A stretch of DNA of 64,000 nucleotides from Chiloscyllium plagiosum (GCF_004010195.1 NC_057720.1:24702901-24766900); one strand, 5' to 3'. Counted from the first letter of the stretch, positions 13,621 through 26,106 are shown. Notes: generated by a model from the letters alone, not told the origin. Translations and numbers: made by a program.

Positions 13621-14312
13621 CTAAAACAATTTTATTCCACAGCAAATTGCTCCAGAAAATGTCACAAAAGCATTTTCCAAAAATATCTTCCAGATCATCT
13701 TTGATAATTTAATAAATCTGGTGGTAATGAAGATCTAGCTCCCCCATAACTATTAATTAGGGCGGAATCTTCCCAGTCACTGAACAACATGGGTGTTGGC
13801 AAGGAAATGATGTGAGAAGGCCAGTGAAAAGGTTCTCAATGTCAAAAGTAAAATTTCTCACTTTCTCACCAAGTACTGAACAACAACATTAGATTCTCAC
13901 TAGTGAGAGGTAAGAGATCTATTTGCATGTTTACTTTGCATTTGCAGTTCATTCTTACCTAACCTCACCTCATTTATGCACAGTTTTCCAATCTGCAATC
14001 TGCCTGATTTAATGCTGAGAATCCTCAGTGTAAAAGGGAGAGGGATAAATTGTGACTCTAGCTTGCCACTTGCTCCTCTGAACTTCCATCTTGAACACAT
14101 AACACCAATATTTTAGGGCATACTTAATGAACATTCCCTGCCCAGGGACTTTGGCATCTGATACATACCTGCCTCACCGCACCGTCATGGCATATCTCCT
14201 ACTCCACTTGCAAGATGGTTCAGCACTTCAATGCTGCACTTTGGAGCACATTGGCAGTACTCACTGGAATGCTGCTGCCCGGATATTTTGACACTCATCA
14301 TACTTCTGTCTT

Positions 14313-14622
14313 AGATTAGTTTCCCTACAGTATGGAAACAGGCCGTTTGGCCCAACAAGTCCACACCGATCCTCTGAAGAGAAACCCATCTAAACCCATT
14401 CCCCTACCCTATATTTACTCCTGTCTAACACAGCTAACACAATTTAGCATGGCCAATTCACCTAACCTGCACATCTTTGGATTATGGGAGGAAACTGGAG
14501 CACCCAGAGGAAACCCCATGCAGACACAGGGAGAAAGTGCAAACTCCACACAGACAATTGCCTGAGGCTGGAATTAAACCAGGTCCCTAGTGCTGGGAGG
14601 CAGCAGTGCTAACCACTGAGTC
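14313..14622 (-). mobile_element. HE1-type V-SINE
   Basis: V-domain CACCTAACCTGCACATCTTTGGA..GGAGGAAAC..GAGCACCC..GCAGACACAGGGAGAA..TGCAAACTCCACACAGAC and tRNA-like head (..GCAGCAGTGCTAACCACTGAG) in reverse orientation. Confidence 0.9.
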
Positions 14623-15136
14623 TTGCCTTTTAGTACACACAAAGCCTGGCAGTTTGGTATACTTGTCAGTAGTAATCATTCAAGGAGGTCAGCATGATGC
14701 TGTACATCAGACTACATGTGCTATGTCAATCACACAATTGTACATGTTGGCAATGATTTTTACTTGGTTGCCAGGACCTGGGGGTTTCAGCATCATCACA
14801 TGAGCAATATTGATCTTCATCAGTCAGCACCAGGATCCTCTTATCTTAGAGGGTGAGGAGACAAATGTCACATGCCTCACCACCCTCCTGACTCTCTCCA
14901 TGCAATTATGGGCCATTTTCTTCTACAATATGACAAGGGAAGAGATTGAGTGAGACGGAACTTTATGGAATAACTTTAGTACTGGTGCAGGTAGGAAAAG
15001 CAAATTCAGTGTCTGAATGTGTAGTGATTGAAAGTGATTGGTCAAGTGGATCTCGCTGAGTATGAGATCCCTAATTGGGGTTGTTAACCTGGGCCAATCA
15101 GGGAGCCCTGGCTGACAGATATAAACAGGAGTCTCA

Positions 15137-15741
15137 TATTCTTAAAAACCTTCTTCTCTGTCTTTGGTTGCATTTCAGCCCCATGCTCCTGATCTTCGGA
15201 TACCCACTGTGGAGGGGGGTTGGGTAGATCGTGAGTCTGCTCCTGGGCCTGACCAAAATTGGCCATAAACTGGTTCAGACAGCAGGCTGTGGGGGGGATC
15301 GTTAGCGCCGACTGCCTGCCCCTCTTCCGTGGTTATGTCAGAGCCCAGGTGTCCCTGGAGAAGGAGCACCTGGTGTCATAGAGATGTACAGCATGGAAAC
15401 AGACCCTTTGGTCCAACCCGTCCATGCCGACCAGGTATCCCAACCCAATTTAGTCCCACCTGTCAGCACCCAGCCCATATCCCTCCAAACCCTTCCTATT
15501 CATATACCAACATCAACACCTCGAGATTTTCAGGGAAAGGTGAGCACCGCAGGGAGTGGAGTGTATTATTTCCCCCTCCAACTCTATTTTGATTTAATCC
15601 CAGCTACCCCCCGCCCACATTGTTTGATCACGCAGTATTGCCCTTTGAGAAGGGCACTGCTTGACACTGGCCAATTTGGTGTTTCCTAAAGAAAAAAAAC
15701 AAAAAAAAAAAATTAAAAATACAGGTGTCTCTGAATAAAAG
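15137..15741 (+). mobile_element. Tx1/L1-clade LINE 3' fragment with A-rich tail
   Basis: ORF2 C-terminus LKNLLLCLWLHFSPMLLIFG...AINWFRQQAV...DCLPLFRGYVRAQVSLEKEHLVS/TLEIFRER*APQGVECIISPSNSILI*; A-tail ~15688-15718; 15-bp TSD TAAACAGGAGTCTCA (15122-15136, 15742-15756). Confidence 0.8.
15375..15508 (-). mobile_element. CR1 3' UTR inserted inside the Tx1/L1 fragment
   Basis: GTCATAGAGATGTACAGCATGGAAACAGACCC...CCCTTCCTATTCATATACC is the reverse complement of the CR1 3' end. Confidence 0.9.
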
Positions 15742-16759
15742 TAAACAGGAGTCTCAGAGAATCTCCTCATTCTAGGAATTGACACTGGGTTAACAAGTCA
15801 GCATAGCTGTGCTTAGGTAAATAAGAGGTGACTCGATGATGGGATACCAGCCTCTGTACAGTTATTTCAGATTGAGTGATTAGGCAGCGCAGAGGCCATG
15901 CAGGTTTAGTGGTGTGGAACATTGGTCTGAGTGAAAGCAAGAAATAGAAGATGTTGTAATGAGAGAGGTAGACAATGGTGGCACTTAGCATGTAGAGTGA
16001 AGAAGGTCTTTGACCTTCTTGTGGCATTGCTGAACATTTCTCCAGTCTGTGGAGATTACATTGATGCAGGTGGCAATCTCAGACAAGGGTGGCATTGTGA
16101 CCTCCTCTGCGGCTCCTGGGGGATGAAAACAGTCCTCCTCTGTGCCACCCTTTCCACCTGGATCTCCGGGGCTCTGTCTATAGCACGAGGCACCAAATTT
16201 CTCTTGTCTGCTATGTCTGTGAAAAATAACATGAACGGTGCACAGTCTCTCTGGAATGACAGTGCTTGACCAAGTGAACAATTGCCTTTAAAATGGCATC
16301 AGCACCAGGAATCCCAGAAAGTGCCAGCAGTGGCCAGTATTTATTAATGGTGGGTGAGAGAATATGTCGGGTGGGAGGCCATAGGGGCAGGGTGCATAGA
16401 TAATGAGGTGAATTTGGGAAGATAGCCTGAGAAAATTTGCTAAACCTCGTAGACAAACATCCTCCATGAAACTGGCTACACTTGACACTTAGCTGATTTT
16501 TGATAAGTTTCAGCCCAAGTCTTTATTATAGCCATCAATAATTTTTTTTATGATCTATCCAGTGTTGTAACTGTGACTAAGATGCCTATAAATTAGTTTC
16601 ACCAGTGTTCCCTGACCTTTGCTGTTCCAAACTTTCATCTGCGCTGATTCTATTTAATGATTTCTCAGTCATGGTTCTTTCTCACTAACTTTATGTCATC
16701 TTTTATTAAGAGAGTTACCCCTTGTTCTTTCCCATTTTGCCAATCTTTTCAAAATGTTA

Positions 16760-16915
16760 ACTAGAAGAACTGCAGATGCTGTAAATCGGAGTTGAAAATA
16801 GAAATTGCTGGAAATGCTCAGAGACTGAGGAAGGGTGACTCAATCCAAAATGTTAACTCTGATTTCTCACCATAGATATTGCCAGACCTGCTGAGCTATT
16901 CCAGCAATTTTTGTC
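16760..16915. mobile_element. Short head-to-head Penelope-terminus-like element (family C)
   Basis: Exact 16-bp TSD TCTTTTCAAAATGTTA (16744-16759, 16916-16931); inverted arms AGAAATTGCTGGAA / TTCCAGCAATTTTT; decayed CTGAGGA-A-GGGT..ATCC-AAAA core. Confidence 0.8.
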
Positions 16916-17138
16916 TCTTTTCAAAATGTTAGCCATGATGTGGAGGTGCTGGTGTTGGACTGGGGTGGACAAAGTCAAAAATCACATGACACTAAGTTAT
17001 AGTCCAATCCTGCACCTCCGTTCTCACCGATTAAAGACTTAATAGTTGTCTAGATTTGTTCAATATATTTGCATAAGTTGTATGACCCTTTGATCTTTTA
17101 CTATATATTCTGTGTCCGATGTATTCTCTCTCATTAGC

Positions 17139-17174
17139 TGCCTGAGGAAGGAGCAGGTGCTCCGAAAGCTTGTG
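17139..17174 (+). ncRNA. Minimal hammerhead-ribozyme-like motif (family B) in a Penelope-terminus-like fragment (16935-17182)
   Basis: UGC-CUGAGGA-A-GGAGC-AGGU-GCUCC-GAAA-GCUU-GUG: intact core boxes, 5-bp stem II, AGCU palindrome, weak stem I. Confidence 0.6.
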
Positions 17175-17182
17175 GTTTCAAA

Positions 17183-17810
17183 GAAGGCATTTGGTATCCT
17201 TTCCTTTATTGGTCAGAATATTGAGTACAGCAGTTGGGAGGATTGTTGCGGCTGTAGAGGACATTGGTTGGGCCAAAGTTGGAATATTGCGTGCAATTCT
17301 GGTCTCCTTCCTATCAGAAAGATGTTGTGAAACTTGAAAGCGTTCAGGAAAGATTTACCAGGATGTTACCAGGGTTGGAGGATTTGAGCTATCGGGAGAG
17401 GTTGAATAGGCTGGGGCTGTTTTCCCTGGAATGTTGGGGGCTGAGTGATGATGTTATAGAGGTTTATAAAATCATGAGGGCATGGATAGGATAAATAGAC
17501 AAAGTCTTTTCCCTAGGGTGGTGGAGTCCAGAACTAGAGGGCATAGGTTTAGGGTGAGAGGGGCAAGATATAAAAGAGACCTAAGGGGTACCTTTTTAAC
17601 GCACGTATGTGGAATGGGCTGCCAGAGGAAGTGGTGGAGGCAGGTACAATTGCAACATTTAAAAGGCATCTGGATGGGTATATGAATAGGAAGGGTTTGG
17701 AGGGACATGGGCCGGGTGCTGGCAGGTGGGACGAGATTGGGTTGGGATATCTGTTCGGCATGGACGAGTTGAACCAAAGCGTCTGTTACCATGCATCTCT
17801 ATGACTCTGT
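17183..17810 (+). mobile_element. CR1 LINE 3' fragment
   Basis: KLEYCVQFWSPSYQKDVVKLESVQERFTRMLPGLEDLSYRERLNRLGLFSLE; tail CTCTATGACTCT. Confidence 0.92.
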
Positions 17811-18899
17811 GAATGGAAACAGAGAAAACGTAAGCTCACCAACTTTTCTTTAATGTTTCCATACCTATTGAGACACTTTTCTTACCCACCTATTGACACA
17901 GATCAATCAAGCTGATTTAAAGAAAGATAGGAGAGAGAAGGACAAAACTCACAGTAAATGTAGAAATAAAGTAACCACAGTAACTCATCTGAGATTGTAT
18001 AAAACTGTTGAAGAATCTTTATGATGGTGAGAAGAACGTTAGGAAGAGGGTTTAGTGAAGGCTTCAGGATCTTGGAGATATCTTATGATTAAACTGCTCC
18101 TATGGGAAATAAATAGCACGGTGTGGGTGAAGTTATTCAGATAGAATGTGCATTGTTCAAAGATCAATAAGGTGCAGGGTGTCCCTTACAATGTAGCAAT
18201 AAGATCAGAACTACATAGACCTCAGATTGCCATCTACAGTTGGATACAATGTTCCTTCTAAGCTACACGTGTGCTTAGCAGTACTGAGGGTCCATGCATG
18301 TTGATTGACTTGCTGACGAAGTTGGGTTTTGAAAGTCCATGCCATTCATGGATCTCAGAGGACGCTCATTGAAGTAAACCTTGGAAGGAGTTTTGGTTGT
18401 ATATGGGGTTAACATGCAATAAGGAGTTCTAAAGAACGCTAAGCCTGAAGATAGCACTTCACATACCTCTCCCAGACTAGAGTGTCCTGAACCCAAACAC
18501 TAAACCCTAAAACCACACAACGTAAGAGTAATGAGGTAGATTTTCCTTTACAAATGGGTATAATGTTGCAGTGAATTTGGCAGTTGGACAGTTTGAATGA
18601 CAGACTGTGGCTCAGCAGCACCAGTTTTATGCCAAAGTGGTATAATTCTTGCCTCTTAGAGTACCTTAATTTTGCAAAAAGATCTGGGAATCTGTGAGAA
18701 TGCTAACTTGAATAACTTGCCACAAGGCTGAGGTAAATTTATATGCAGGGCATAAACCTTCAATCAGCTCAACATCCTTTAATTCTTAACATTCATTTAA
18801 AAAGAAAACACTTAGAGTTATTAATAGATCAGGAGGCGAGGTGGGACCGTGCTAATGATTTAAAGTAACTGTCCTATTTTAGCTGAGTTATGACTCAGA

Positions 18900-19422
18900 G
18901 ATGAGATGTTATCTTGGCAGTGTAACAGTCCCGGGGATTACTGTTCCTCAGTGATGTTCCGGACGGGAATGATGTGGAGGGTAGCACTAATGTCTGGTAC
19001 AATCCTTGCTGTCTTGAATCACCGCTTCTCTCGGCACGAGTGACGCTTTTCCTCTTTGCGTTGAGTCCAGCAAACCACTGTGAGAGGGGGAAGAGGGGGA
19101 ACGCAAGATTCCCAGGGGGAAAATGGAAATAGGTCTTACTCCCAAACAATCTGCTCCGCTTAGATAAAGGCTGTGATGAAGGAGCGGCGCTCTGAAAGCT
19201 ACTGTGCTTCCAATTAAACCTGTTGGAATATAACCTGGGGTGTCGTGTGATTTTTTAACTTTGATAAAGGGACTGCATCAAAGAGCCATTCTTGACAGCA
19301 GAAGCTAAAGTTTCAGCCGGACCTAACCGCACGCTCTGTTCGTGGGAGAACTTCTGGATTGTACAACATTCATTTCCAACTCCTGGATTTGCTCGCTGTA
19401 TTTTTTATAACGGAAGATAAAC
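18900..19422 (+). promoter_or_regulatory. Probable TIE1 proximal promoter / 5' UTR
   Basis: Local CpG enrichment relative to the CpG-poor window, several GGAA/TTCC ETS-type cores, immediately 5' of the signal-peptide exon. TSS not determinable from sequence. Confidence 0.55.
19171..19262 (+). mobile_element. Short family B Penelope-terminus-like insertion with a mutated hammerhead core
   Basis: GTGATGAAGGAGCGGCGCTCTGAAAGCTACTGTGCTTCCAATTAAACCTGTTGG...; near-identical to 20296-20379; 8-bp TSD GATAAAGG (19163-19170, 19263-19270). Confidence 0.85.
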
Positions 19423-19471
19423 ATGTGTGTTTGCCGGCTGTACTGTTTGACGTTCGCTTTTCATCTAACAG
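19423..19471 (+). CDS. TIE1: TIE1 coding exon 1 (signal peptide MCVCRLYCLTFAFHLT-G)
   Basis: ATG with A at -3, in-frame upstream TAA at 19408, hydrophobic 16-codon stretch, strong donor G|GTAAGA. Phase 1 joins exon 2 to give ...FHLTGAILDL, matching Tie-family N-termini (human TIE1 ..SHVGAAVDL). Confidence 0.82.
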
Positions 19472-20172
19472 GTAAGACTTGCAGAATCACTTTTTTTGTT
19501 GTTCGTTTGTTTTGATGAAAGTTGCATTTTGTGTTTCGAAAAGGTTTCTCCAGCACACTATTTCATCTGCAATAAACACCCTCCCAGGTTTCCCTCGATG
19601 GGAGGTGTCCTGAATAGAGCTCTGTCGGTTTGGAGGTGAAACAGTTTCTGCAGCTTCTGGACAGAGCCCCCAGTCTCCAAACACTCCGAAGGACTTGGCT
19701 TCCCCTTCTAGCCAACGCTAGAGATTACAGCGCAGAAAGCTGGAGGAGCAAGATGTAAGGCAGATCTCATTCATAAGTATTTCATCGGGCGGCTAAAGAA
19801 GGATGAACAGGGTGTTTTCTTGCTCCACTACAGTCAAGTGTTACCATTTTAAGTTTTGAGGGTCTTTGTTTTTGCCTTTTACAGAGCAGTGCTCCCCCTG
19901 TCGAATAAAAGGGCCTTGCTCCTGGAGCCTGACTGGGATATGGGCAATCTGATGTGATTGACAAATGAACATGTTGCCCCTCCAACTGGGGGATGGATAT
20001 TCGTCCCTTGTTCACACCAACTCAAAGGAGCAAAGCCAATGTGTGTGCCAGTTCTTGGACTATTCTGATCACTAACTTGCTGGCAACTCGGGGAGCAGAT
20101 GTCCCTTCGTAGCAATTGAACCTGACTGAAATTATTACTGAGAAAATGAATGAAGAAGCTTTGATACATTTA

Positions 20173-20379
20173 TGATTTGGAGATGCCCGTATTGGACTGG
20201 GGTGTACAACGTTAAAAATCACACAACACCAGGTTATAGTCCAACAGGTTTAGTTGGAAGCACTACCTTTCGGAGCACTGCTCCTTCCACAACACCTGAT
20301 GAAGGAGCGGCGCTCCGAAAGCTACTGTGCTTCCAATTAAACCTGTTGGACTATAACCTGGTGTTGTGTGATTTTTAAC
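20173..20379. mobile_element. Head-to-head (palindromic) family B element with hammerhead-like core at 20293-20329
   Basis: Arms 20211-20287 and ~20301-20379 are inverted copies; 12-bp TSD TTGATACATTTA (20161-20172, 20380-20391); core CAC-CUGAUGA-A-GGAGC-GGC-GCUCC-GAAA-GCUA-CU-GUG. Confidence 0.88.
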
Positions 20380-20539
20380 TTGATACATTTAGGAATAGCT
20401 TATTTGAATTTGTAATCAGAAGAAGCTCATAAAGAAGAGTCTAAGCAATTTTTCTTTAATTAGGGTGAGTCAGATTATTAAAAATATAATTTTTAAGATA
20501 TAGTATATTCAGTAGCATCTGTTGTGACTTCAGAAAACG

Positions 20540-20826
20540 GTGAAGTCACAGCCAATTAAGTACTTTGGAAATATAGGCACGAATGTAACTTAGGATGCAC
20601 CGGAGTGTATCCGTGCACAGCAAGCTCCCACAAATTGATGATCAAGTATCTTTTATGATGCTGATAGAGTGGAAAATGTTGGTCAGGACATGGAGGATAG
20701 TTCACCTATTCATCTTCAAAATATTGTCAAGTGATCTTTGGTGCCCACCTTATAAACCAGACAAGGTCTCAGTTTAGCATATGAACTGAAAACAGCATCT
20801 CCAGCAATGCAGCACTCTTCACTCCT
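20540..20826 (-). mobile_element. Deu-domain SINE (SacSINE1/AmnSINE-like) relic
   Basis: Reverse complement of the Deu core GAGTGCTGCATTGCTGGAGATGCTGTTTTCAG..TAAACTGAGACCTTGTCTG..AAAGATCAC. Confidence 0.7.
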
Positions 20827-20829
20827 GCA

Positions 20830-22040
20830 GTGAAGTGGTTGTCATTCTTTGGGAAGGATGTGAAAGCTTTGGAGAGGGCACAGAAACACTTTACCAGGTT
20901 GTTGTCTCGTTTGGAGGGTATTAGCTATGAGGGAAGATTGAACAAATTTGGTTTGTTTTTACTTGAACATCAAAGGATGATGGGCGACTGGATTGAAGTT
21001 AACAAAATTATGAGGCATCAATAGAATGGATGGTCGGAGTCTTCTTCCTGGTGTGAAAATGTCAGGTATTAGGGGACGTAGGTAAAAGGAGTAAGTTTAA
21101 AGGAGATGTCAGCTAAGTTCTTTGTGCTCATATCTTGAGAGGGGAACATGAATTTTCAGAGTCAAAAGTACTACCAACTGATCCTTGGCTCACCCAAAAG
21201 AATCACATCCAAATAAAAACAAAATCATTTTTAACGATGGTATATACGTGCAAGTTGTTGTGGAAAGACCTATATTATAAAGTGGTGGAATTTATGGCGA
21301 AAGCATTAACAAATGGTAAATATTGTAAATGGCAGAACCCCTTTGTAGCAGCATCAACATACAGAGGGGTCTAGGCATACAGGTCTATAATTCCCTGAAA
21401 GTGGCAATGCAAGTGGATAAGATACTCATGAAGCTATACAGCATGCTTGCTTTCGTTGGTCAGGGCATAGAGTAGAAAAAGGGGCAAGTCATGTTGCAGC
21501 TGCACAGACCTTTAGTTAGGCCACATTGAGAATATTGTGCACAGTACTGGTCGCCACAATGCCAGAAGGACGTGGAGAGGATACAGAAGTGGTTTACCAG
21601 GATGTCGTCTGGTTTGGAGGATATTGCCCATGAGGAGAGATTGAACAAACTTGGCTTGTTTTCACTTGAACATTAGCAGATGAAGGGAGACCTACTAGAA
21701 GTTTGCAAAATTATGAGAGGCATAGATAGAATAGATAATCCTGGTGTAGGAATATCAAGTATTAGGGGACATAAGTAAAAGGGGTAAGTTTAAAAGAGAT
21801 TTGAGAGGTAAGTTTTTATCCAGAGGGTGATAAGTGCCTGGAATGTGCTGCCAGAGAAGTCGTGAGGCAGATAAAATAGCAATGTTTAAGAGGCACCTTT
21901 TAGGATATATATATGTCAGGATATAGAGGTATACAGACTGCGTGGATGCAAATTTTTTTTTAGTTTAGAAAGGCATCATGTGTCAGTGTAGCTTTGGTCA
22001 GCTGAAGGGCCTGTTCCTGTGCTGTACTGTTCTCTGTTCT
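20830..22040 (+). mobile_element. Two adjacent CR1 3' fragments (20830-21120 and ~21340-22040)
   Basis: GKDVKALERAQKHFTRLLSRLEGISYEGRLNKFGLF; LVRPH*EYCAQYWSP; 3' end GAAGGGCCTGTTCCTGTGCTGTACTGTTCTCTGTTCT. Confidence 0.85.
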
Positions 22041-22969
22041 TTCTTCCAAACTCGACATGTTTAGTATTCTTACTGCACAAAAATGGATAAATAGCGTCAG
22101 TGAAAAGTGAGGCCTTATCTTGGCTTATTATTACTTTCAGAAAAGTAAAAAGATGCAATCTGATTGAACCACAATCAAAGTTAAAAGTGTGTGTTTATCC
22201 AATGTCATAAGTATTGTGAGTGGGTTATGGCTCCACTCTTGGCCAGAAATGAGCTCCAGAATACTTTCAGTGGAGAAAAGACAAAAATACACTAAACAAT
22301 ACACAAGATAAGAACATGCATGTTGATGTATTCAATTAGCACGTTCACGAGTGCTTTATCCTGTTTAAAAAGTTGTGTCGAATGTTGATGTTTCAGAAAG
22401 TTCCCAGAATGGTGAAGGTTTTTTTTTGTTTATGATCCCCACACTACCCTCCCACCCCAATAATAAGTTGGTTTTTAGTCACTGATTTCCAGCATTTTGC
22501 AGAAGCACTTTCAGAGATCAAGGCAATTAGATTATCTCACTAAGTATTCTGAGGTGTTGCTTTTAAGACTCACTTATGCACGGAGTTCATCTGTACATGA
22601 ACATTGAAGTCCTGAAACTTTGAAAATCAACGCAAACTTCAAAATGTTTCTGAACAACATTTTCACATTGCAAACCACACTGTAATTATTCAGTAGTACA
22701 TGAATGCAGTTCACCAGCCTTTAAGCTATTCTGTCCACTTCACTCACTCAATCTCGAGGCTGCATTAATTTTGATGAGACCCTGGTATAACTAATTTCAA
22801 ATTATTGCTTAGGCTATAAATATCACCATCTATCTAATAACCAAATGTAATTTATTATTCATTAAAATAAAACAATGAACTGAGGATGCTGGAGATCTGA
22901 AACATGTATTAATCATTATGGTTTCAGAGCAATAACAGAGTATTTACTATACGCACAAAATATATTATT

Positions 22970-23910
22970 AGTATTTGCAGATGACAGAAACATAAATGGA
23001 GGCACAGGTAGTGTTGAGGAAGCAGGGAGGCTGCAGAAGTACTTGGACAGGCTTTGAGAGTGGGCACAGAAACAACAGATGAAATGCAATGTGGGAAAGT
23101 GTGAGGTTATGCAGTTTTGAAGGTAGAATAGTGGCATAGATTATCTTCTAAACTGGGAAAGACTTCAGAAATCTGAAGCACAAAGGAACTTGGGAGTTCT
23201 AGTTCAGGATTCTCTTAAAGTTAACATGCTGGTTCAGTTGGTGATTAGGAAGGTAAATGCAATGTTGGCGATCATTTCAAGAGAATGGGAATACAAGAGC
23301 AGAGATGCATTGCTGAGGCTGTATAAGGCTCTGGTCACACTACATTTGGAATATTTTGAGTGGTTTTGGGCCACATATCTGAGGAAGGATGTGCTGGCAT
23401 TGGAAGGATTCCAGGGGAGGTTTACAGAATTATTTCAGGGATGACGACCTTGTCTTGTGTGGAGTGGTTGAGGACCCTGGGTCTGTATTTGATGGAGTTC
23501 ATAAGGATGAGGTGGATATCTAACTGAAACTTACATAATACTGAGAGGCCTACATAGAGTGGGCATGGAGAAGATGTTTTCATTAGGAGAGACAAGGACT
23601 CAAGTAAGAGAGAGTAGGACCAGAGGACACAGCCTCAGTGTGAATGGATTACCCCTTAGAACTGAGAAGAAGAGGGCATTTTTTCAGCCAGAGGATGGTT
23701 AATCTGTGGAACTCATTGCCACAGAAGGTTGTGGAGGTCAAGCCATTGAGTGTATTTAAGATAGAGACAGATCAGGTCTTGAGAAGTAAAGGGTTACAAA
23801 GAGAAGGCAGGAGAATAAAGTTGAGAAACATTTCAGTCAAGATTGAATGGTGGAACAGACTCAATGGGCCAAATGACCAATTTTTGCTCCTATGTTTGAA
23901 GTTCTTTATG
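22970..23910 (+). mobile_element. CR1 LINE 3' fragment
   Basis: LGVLVQDSLKVNMLVQLVIRKVNAMLAIISR...LYKALV; FFSQRMVNLWNSLPQKVVE. Confidence 0.9.
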
Positions 23911-24424
23911 GTGGAAATGTGCTTTAAAGTACATCTCCATGAATAGGTTTATATGTGCCTTGAATCTAGTGCACGTCTGATGTCTGTTACACTCCCGAAT
24001 GTCATGTTTCAAAGTATAACATTTGTCAAGGAAAGAAAACTTAGGAATTTCATTTATGATTCTCCAGACCTAAAGCCACAAATTAATAATTGATCTCAGT
24101 ACTTTATAATTGCCTCAATGGACCACCTGGCTGTGAGAAATATTGTGCAGTGGCCTTAACAGAAATAGGGAGGCTGAACATAATTCTGTCTCAGAAGTGT
24201 TACTGAAGGTCATATGGACAAGTCATGTTTCAAGTGACACCTAGCTTGACAGACTGTAAGTTTTAATTTTGCAATTTGGCTATCACCCTCATCAGTCAGT
24301 GAACATATTTCGAAGAAGATTCCAATGTACTTTTAACAAAAGAACTTCAATTTATTGCACAAACAAATAGAAAAAAACCCCATCAAGTTACATAAACGAT
24401 ATGTTTAACACTTTAGAATTGTAA

Positions 24425-24742
24425 AATCCCTGTAGCGCAGATAGAGGCCATTTGGCTCATCGAGTCTCTGCCAATCCTCTAAAGTGCATCCTTTCCAGAC
24501 CATCACCCCTCCGCATTACACCACATTTACCTAGCCTGCACATCTCTGGATAGTATGGGACAATTTGGCAAGGCCAAACTACCTAACCTTTGGACTATGA
24601 GAGGAAACTAGAGTACCTGGTGGAAACCCATGCAGACACAGCGAGAATGTGCAAACTGCACACAGCCACCCCATGCTGGAGTTGAACTTGGGTCCCTAGT
24701 GTAGTGATGTAGCAGTGCTAGCCACTGTGCTGCTGTGCTGCC
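24425..24742 (-). mobile_element. HE1-type V-SINE
   Basis: Same V-domain and head as 14313-14622. Confidence 0.85.
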
Positions 24743-24908
24743 CTTGCAAAGCTTTTATAAACAGCAAAGAAAGTTCAACCCTTTTTTTCCAGCATTATCC
24801 TTTATAGATGCTCAACACCAGTTAATTATCATTACTATCTTCACTGTTTAACTTCGTACTGAACTGACATGTTGCAAGCCTTTTCTTTCTGCACATTCAC
24901 CTAATGTG

Positions 24909-26106
24909 CAGAGCAGAGTCTGATTAGAACAAGTCAACATGGATTTAGTAAAGGGAGGTCATGCCTGACAAACCTGTTGGAATTTTTTGAAGAGGTAACA
25001 AGTAGGTTTGACCAGGGAAACCCAGTGGATGTGGTCTATCTAGACTTTCAAAAGGCCTTTGATAAGGTGCCACACGGGAGGCTGCTGAGCAAGGTGAGGG
25101 CCCATGGTGTTCGAGGTGAGCTGCTGGGATGGATTGAGGATTGGCTGTCTAACAGAAGGCAGAGAGTTGGGATAAAAGGTTCTTTTTCAGAATGGCAGCC
25201 GGTGACGAGCGGTCTCCCGCAGGGTTCAGTGCTGGGGCCACAGCTGTCCGCATTATATATTAATGATTTGGATAAGGGAACCGGGGGCATTCTAGCGAAG
25301 TTAGGTGGACAGGCAGGTAGTACTGAGGAACTAGACAGGTTGGGAGAGTGGTCCAGGAAATGGCTGATGGAATTTAACGTGAGCAAGTGCGAGGTCTTGC
25401 ACCTTGGCAAAAAGAATAAAAGCATAGACTACTTACTAAATGGTGAGAAAATTAATAAAGCCAAAGCACAAAGGGATCTGGGAGTGCTAGTCGAGGATTC
25501 TCTAAAGGTAAACATGCAGGTTGAGTCCGTGATTAAGAAAGCGAATGCAATGTTGTCTCTTATCTCAAGAGGGTTGGAATATAAAAGCAGAGATGTACCA
25601 CTAAGACATTATAAAGCTCTGGTTAGGCCCCATTTGGAGTACTGTGTCCAGTTTTGGTCCCCACACCCCAGGAAGGACATACTGGCACTGGAACGTGTCC
25701 AGCGGAGATTCACACGGATGATCCCTGGAATGACAGGTCTAACATATGAGGAACGGCTGAGGATACTGGGATTGTATTCGTTGGAGCTTAGAAGATTAAG
25801 GGGAGACTTAATAGAGACGTACAAAAAAATACATGGCTTGGAAAAGGTGGATGCTAGGAAATTGTTTCAGCTAAACGAGGAGACTAGGATTCATTGCCAC
25901 AGAGTGCAGTGGAAGCCGGGACGCTAAATGTCTTCAAGGCCGAGATTGATAGATTCTTGTTGTCTCGAGGAATTAAGGGCTACGGGGAGAACGCTGGTAA
26001 GTGGAGCTGAAATGCGCATCAGCCATGATTGAATGGCGGAGTGGACTTGATGGGCCGAATGGCCTTACTTCCACTCCTATGTCTTATGGTCTTATGGTCT
26101 TATGGT
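24909..26106 (+). mobile_element. Relatively young CR1 LINE, 5'-truncated; 316-aa RT ORF with the FADD motif deleted
   Basis: DVVYLDFQKAFDKVPHGRL...[10 protein letters not shown]...LAK[deletion]LGG...LVRPHLEYCVQFWSP; tail (TCTTATGG)n at ~26082-26106. Confidence 0.95.

Larger units (their letters stand above)
15030..15868 (+). mobile_element. Solo LTR-like element split by a Tx1/L1 insertion
   Basis: CCAATCAGGG (CAAT box), GATATAAA (TATA-like), later AAATAAGAGG and a terminal ...GTTATTTCA; interrupted between two copies of TAAACAGGAGTCTCA. 5' boundary uncertain. Confidence 0.55.
13760..16516 (-). mobile_element. Harbinger/PIF DNA transposon relic hosting several nested insertions
   Basis: Imperfect terminal inverted repeats GGGCGGAATCTT (13760, preceded by TTA) and AAGTTTCAGCCC (ends 16516). 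Minus-strand ORF 15985-16281 contains LSEIATCINVISTDWRNVQQCHKKVKDLL, matching the Myb/SANT-like protein of Harbingers. Confidence 0.6.

Noticed and set aside
14560..14622. tRNA gene
   Set aside because: tRNA-derived head of an HE1 SINE; no complete cloverleaf.
24977..25927. Longest ORF (316 aa) as a host gene or active reverse transcriptase
   Set aside because: It is CR1 ORF2, 5'-truncated, lacking the catalytic FADD segment and ending in a CR1 tail.
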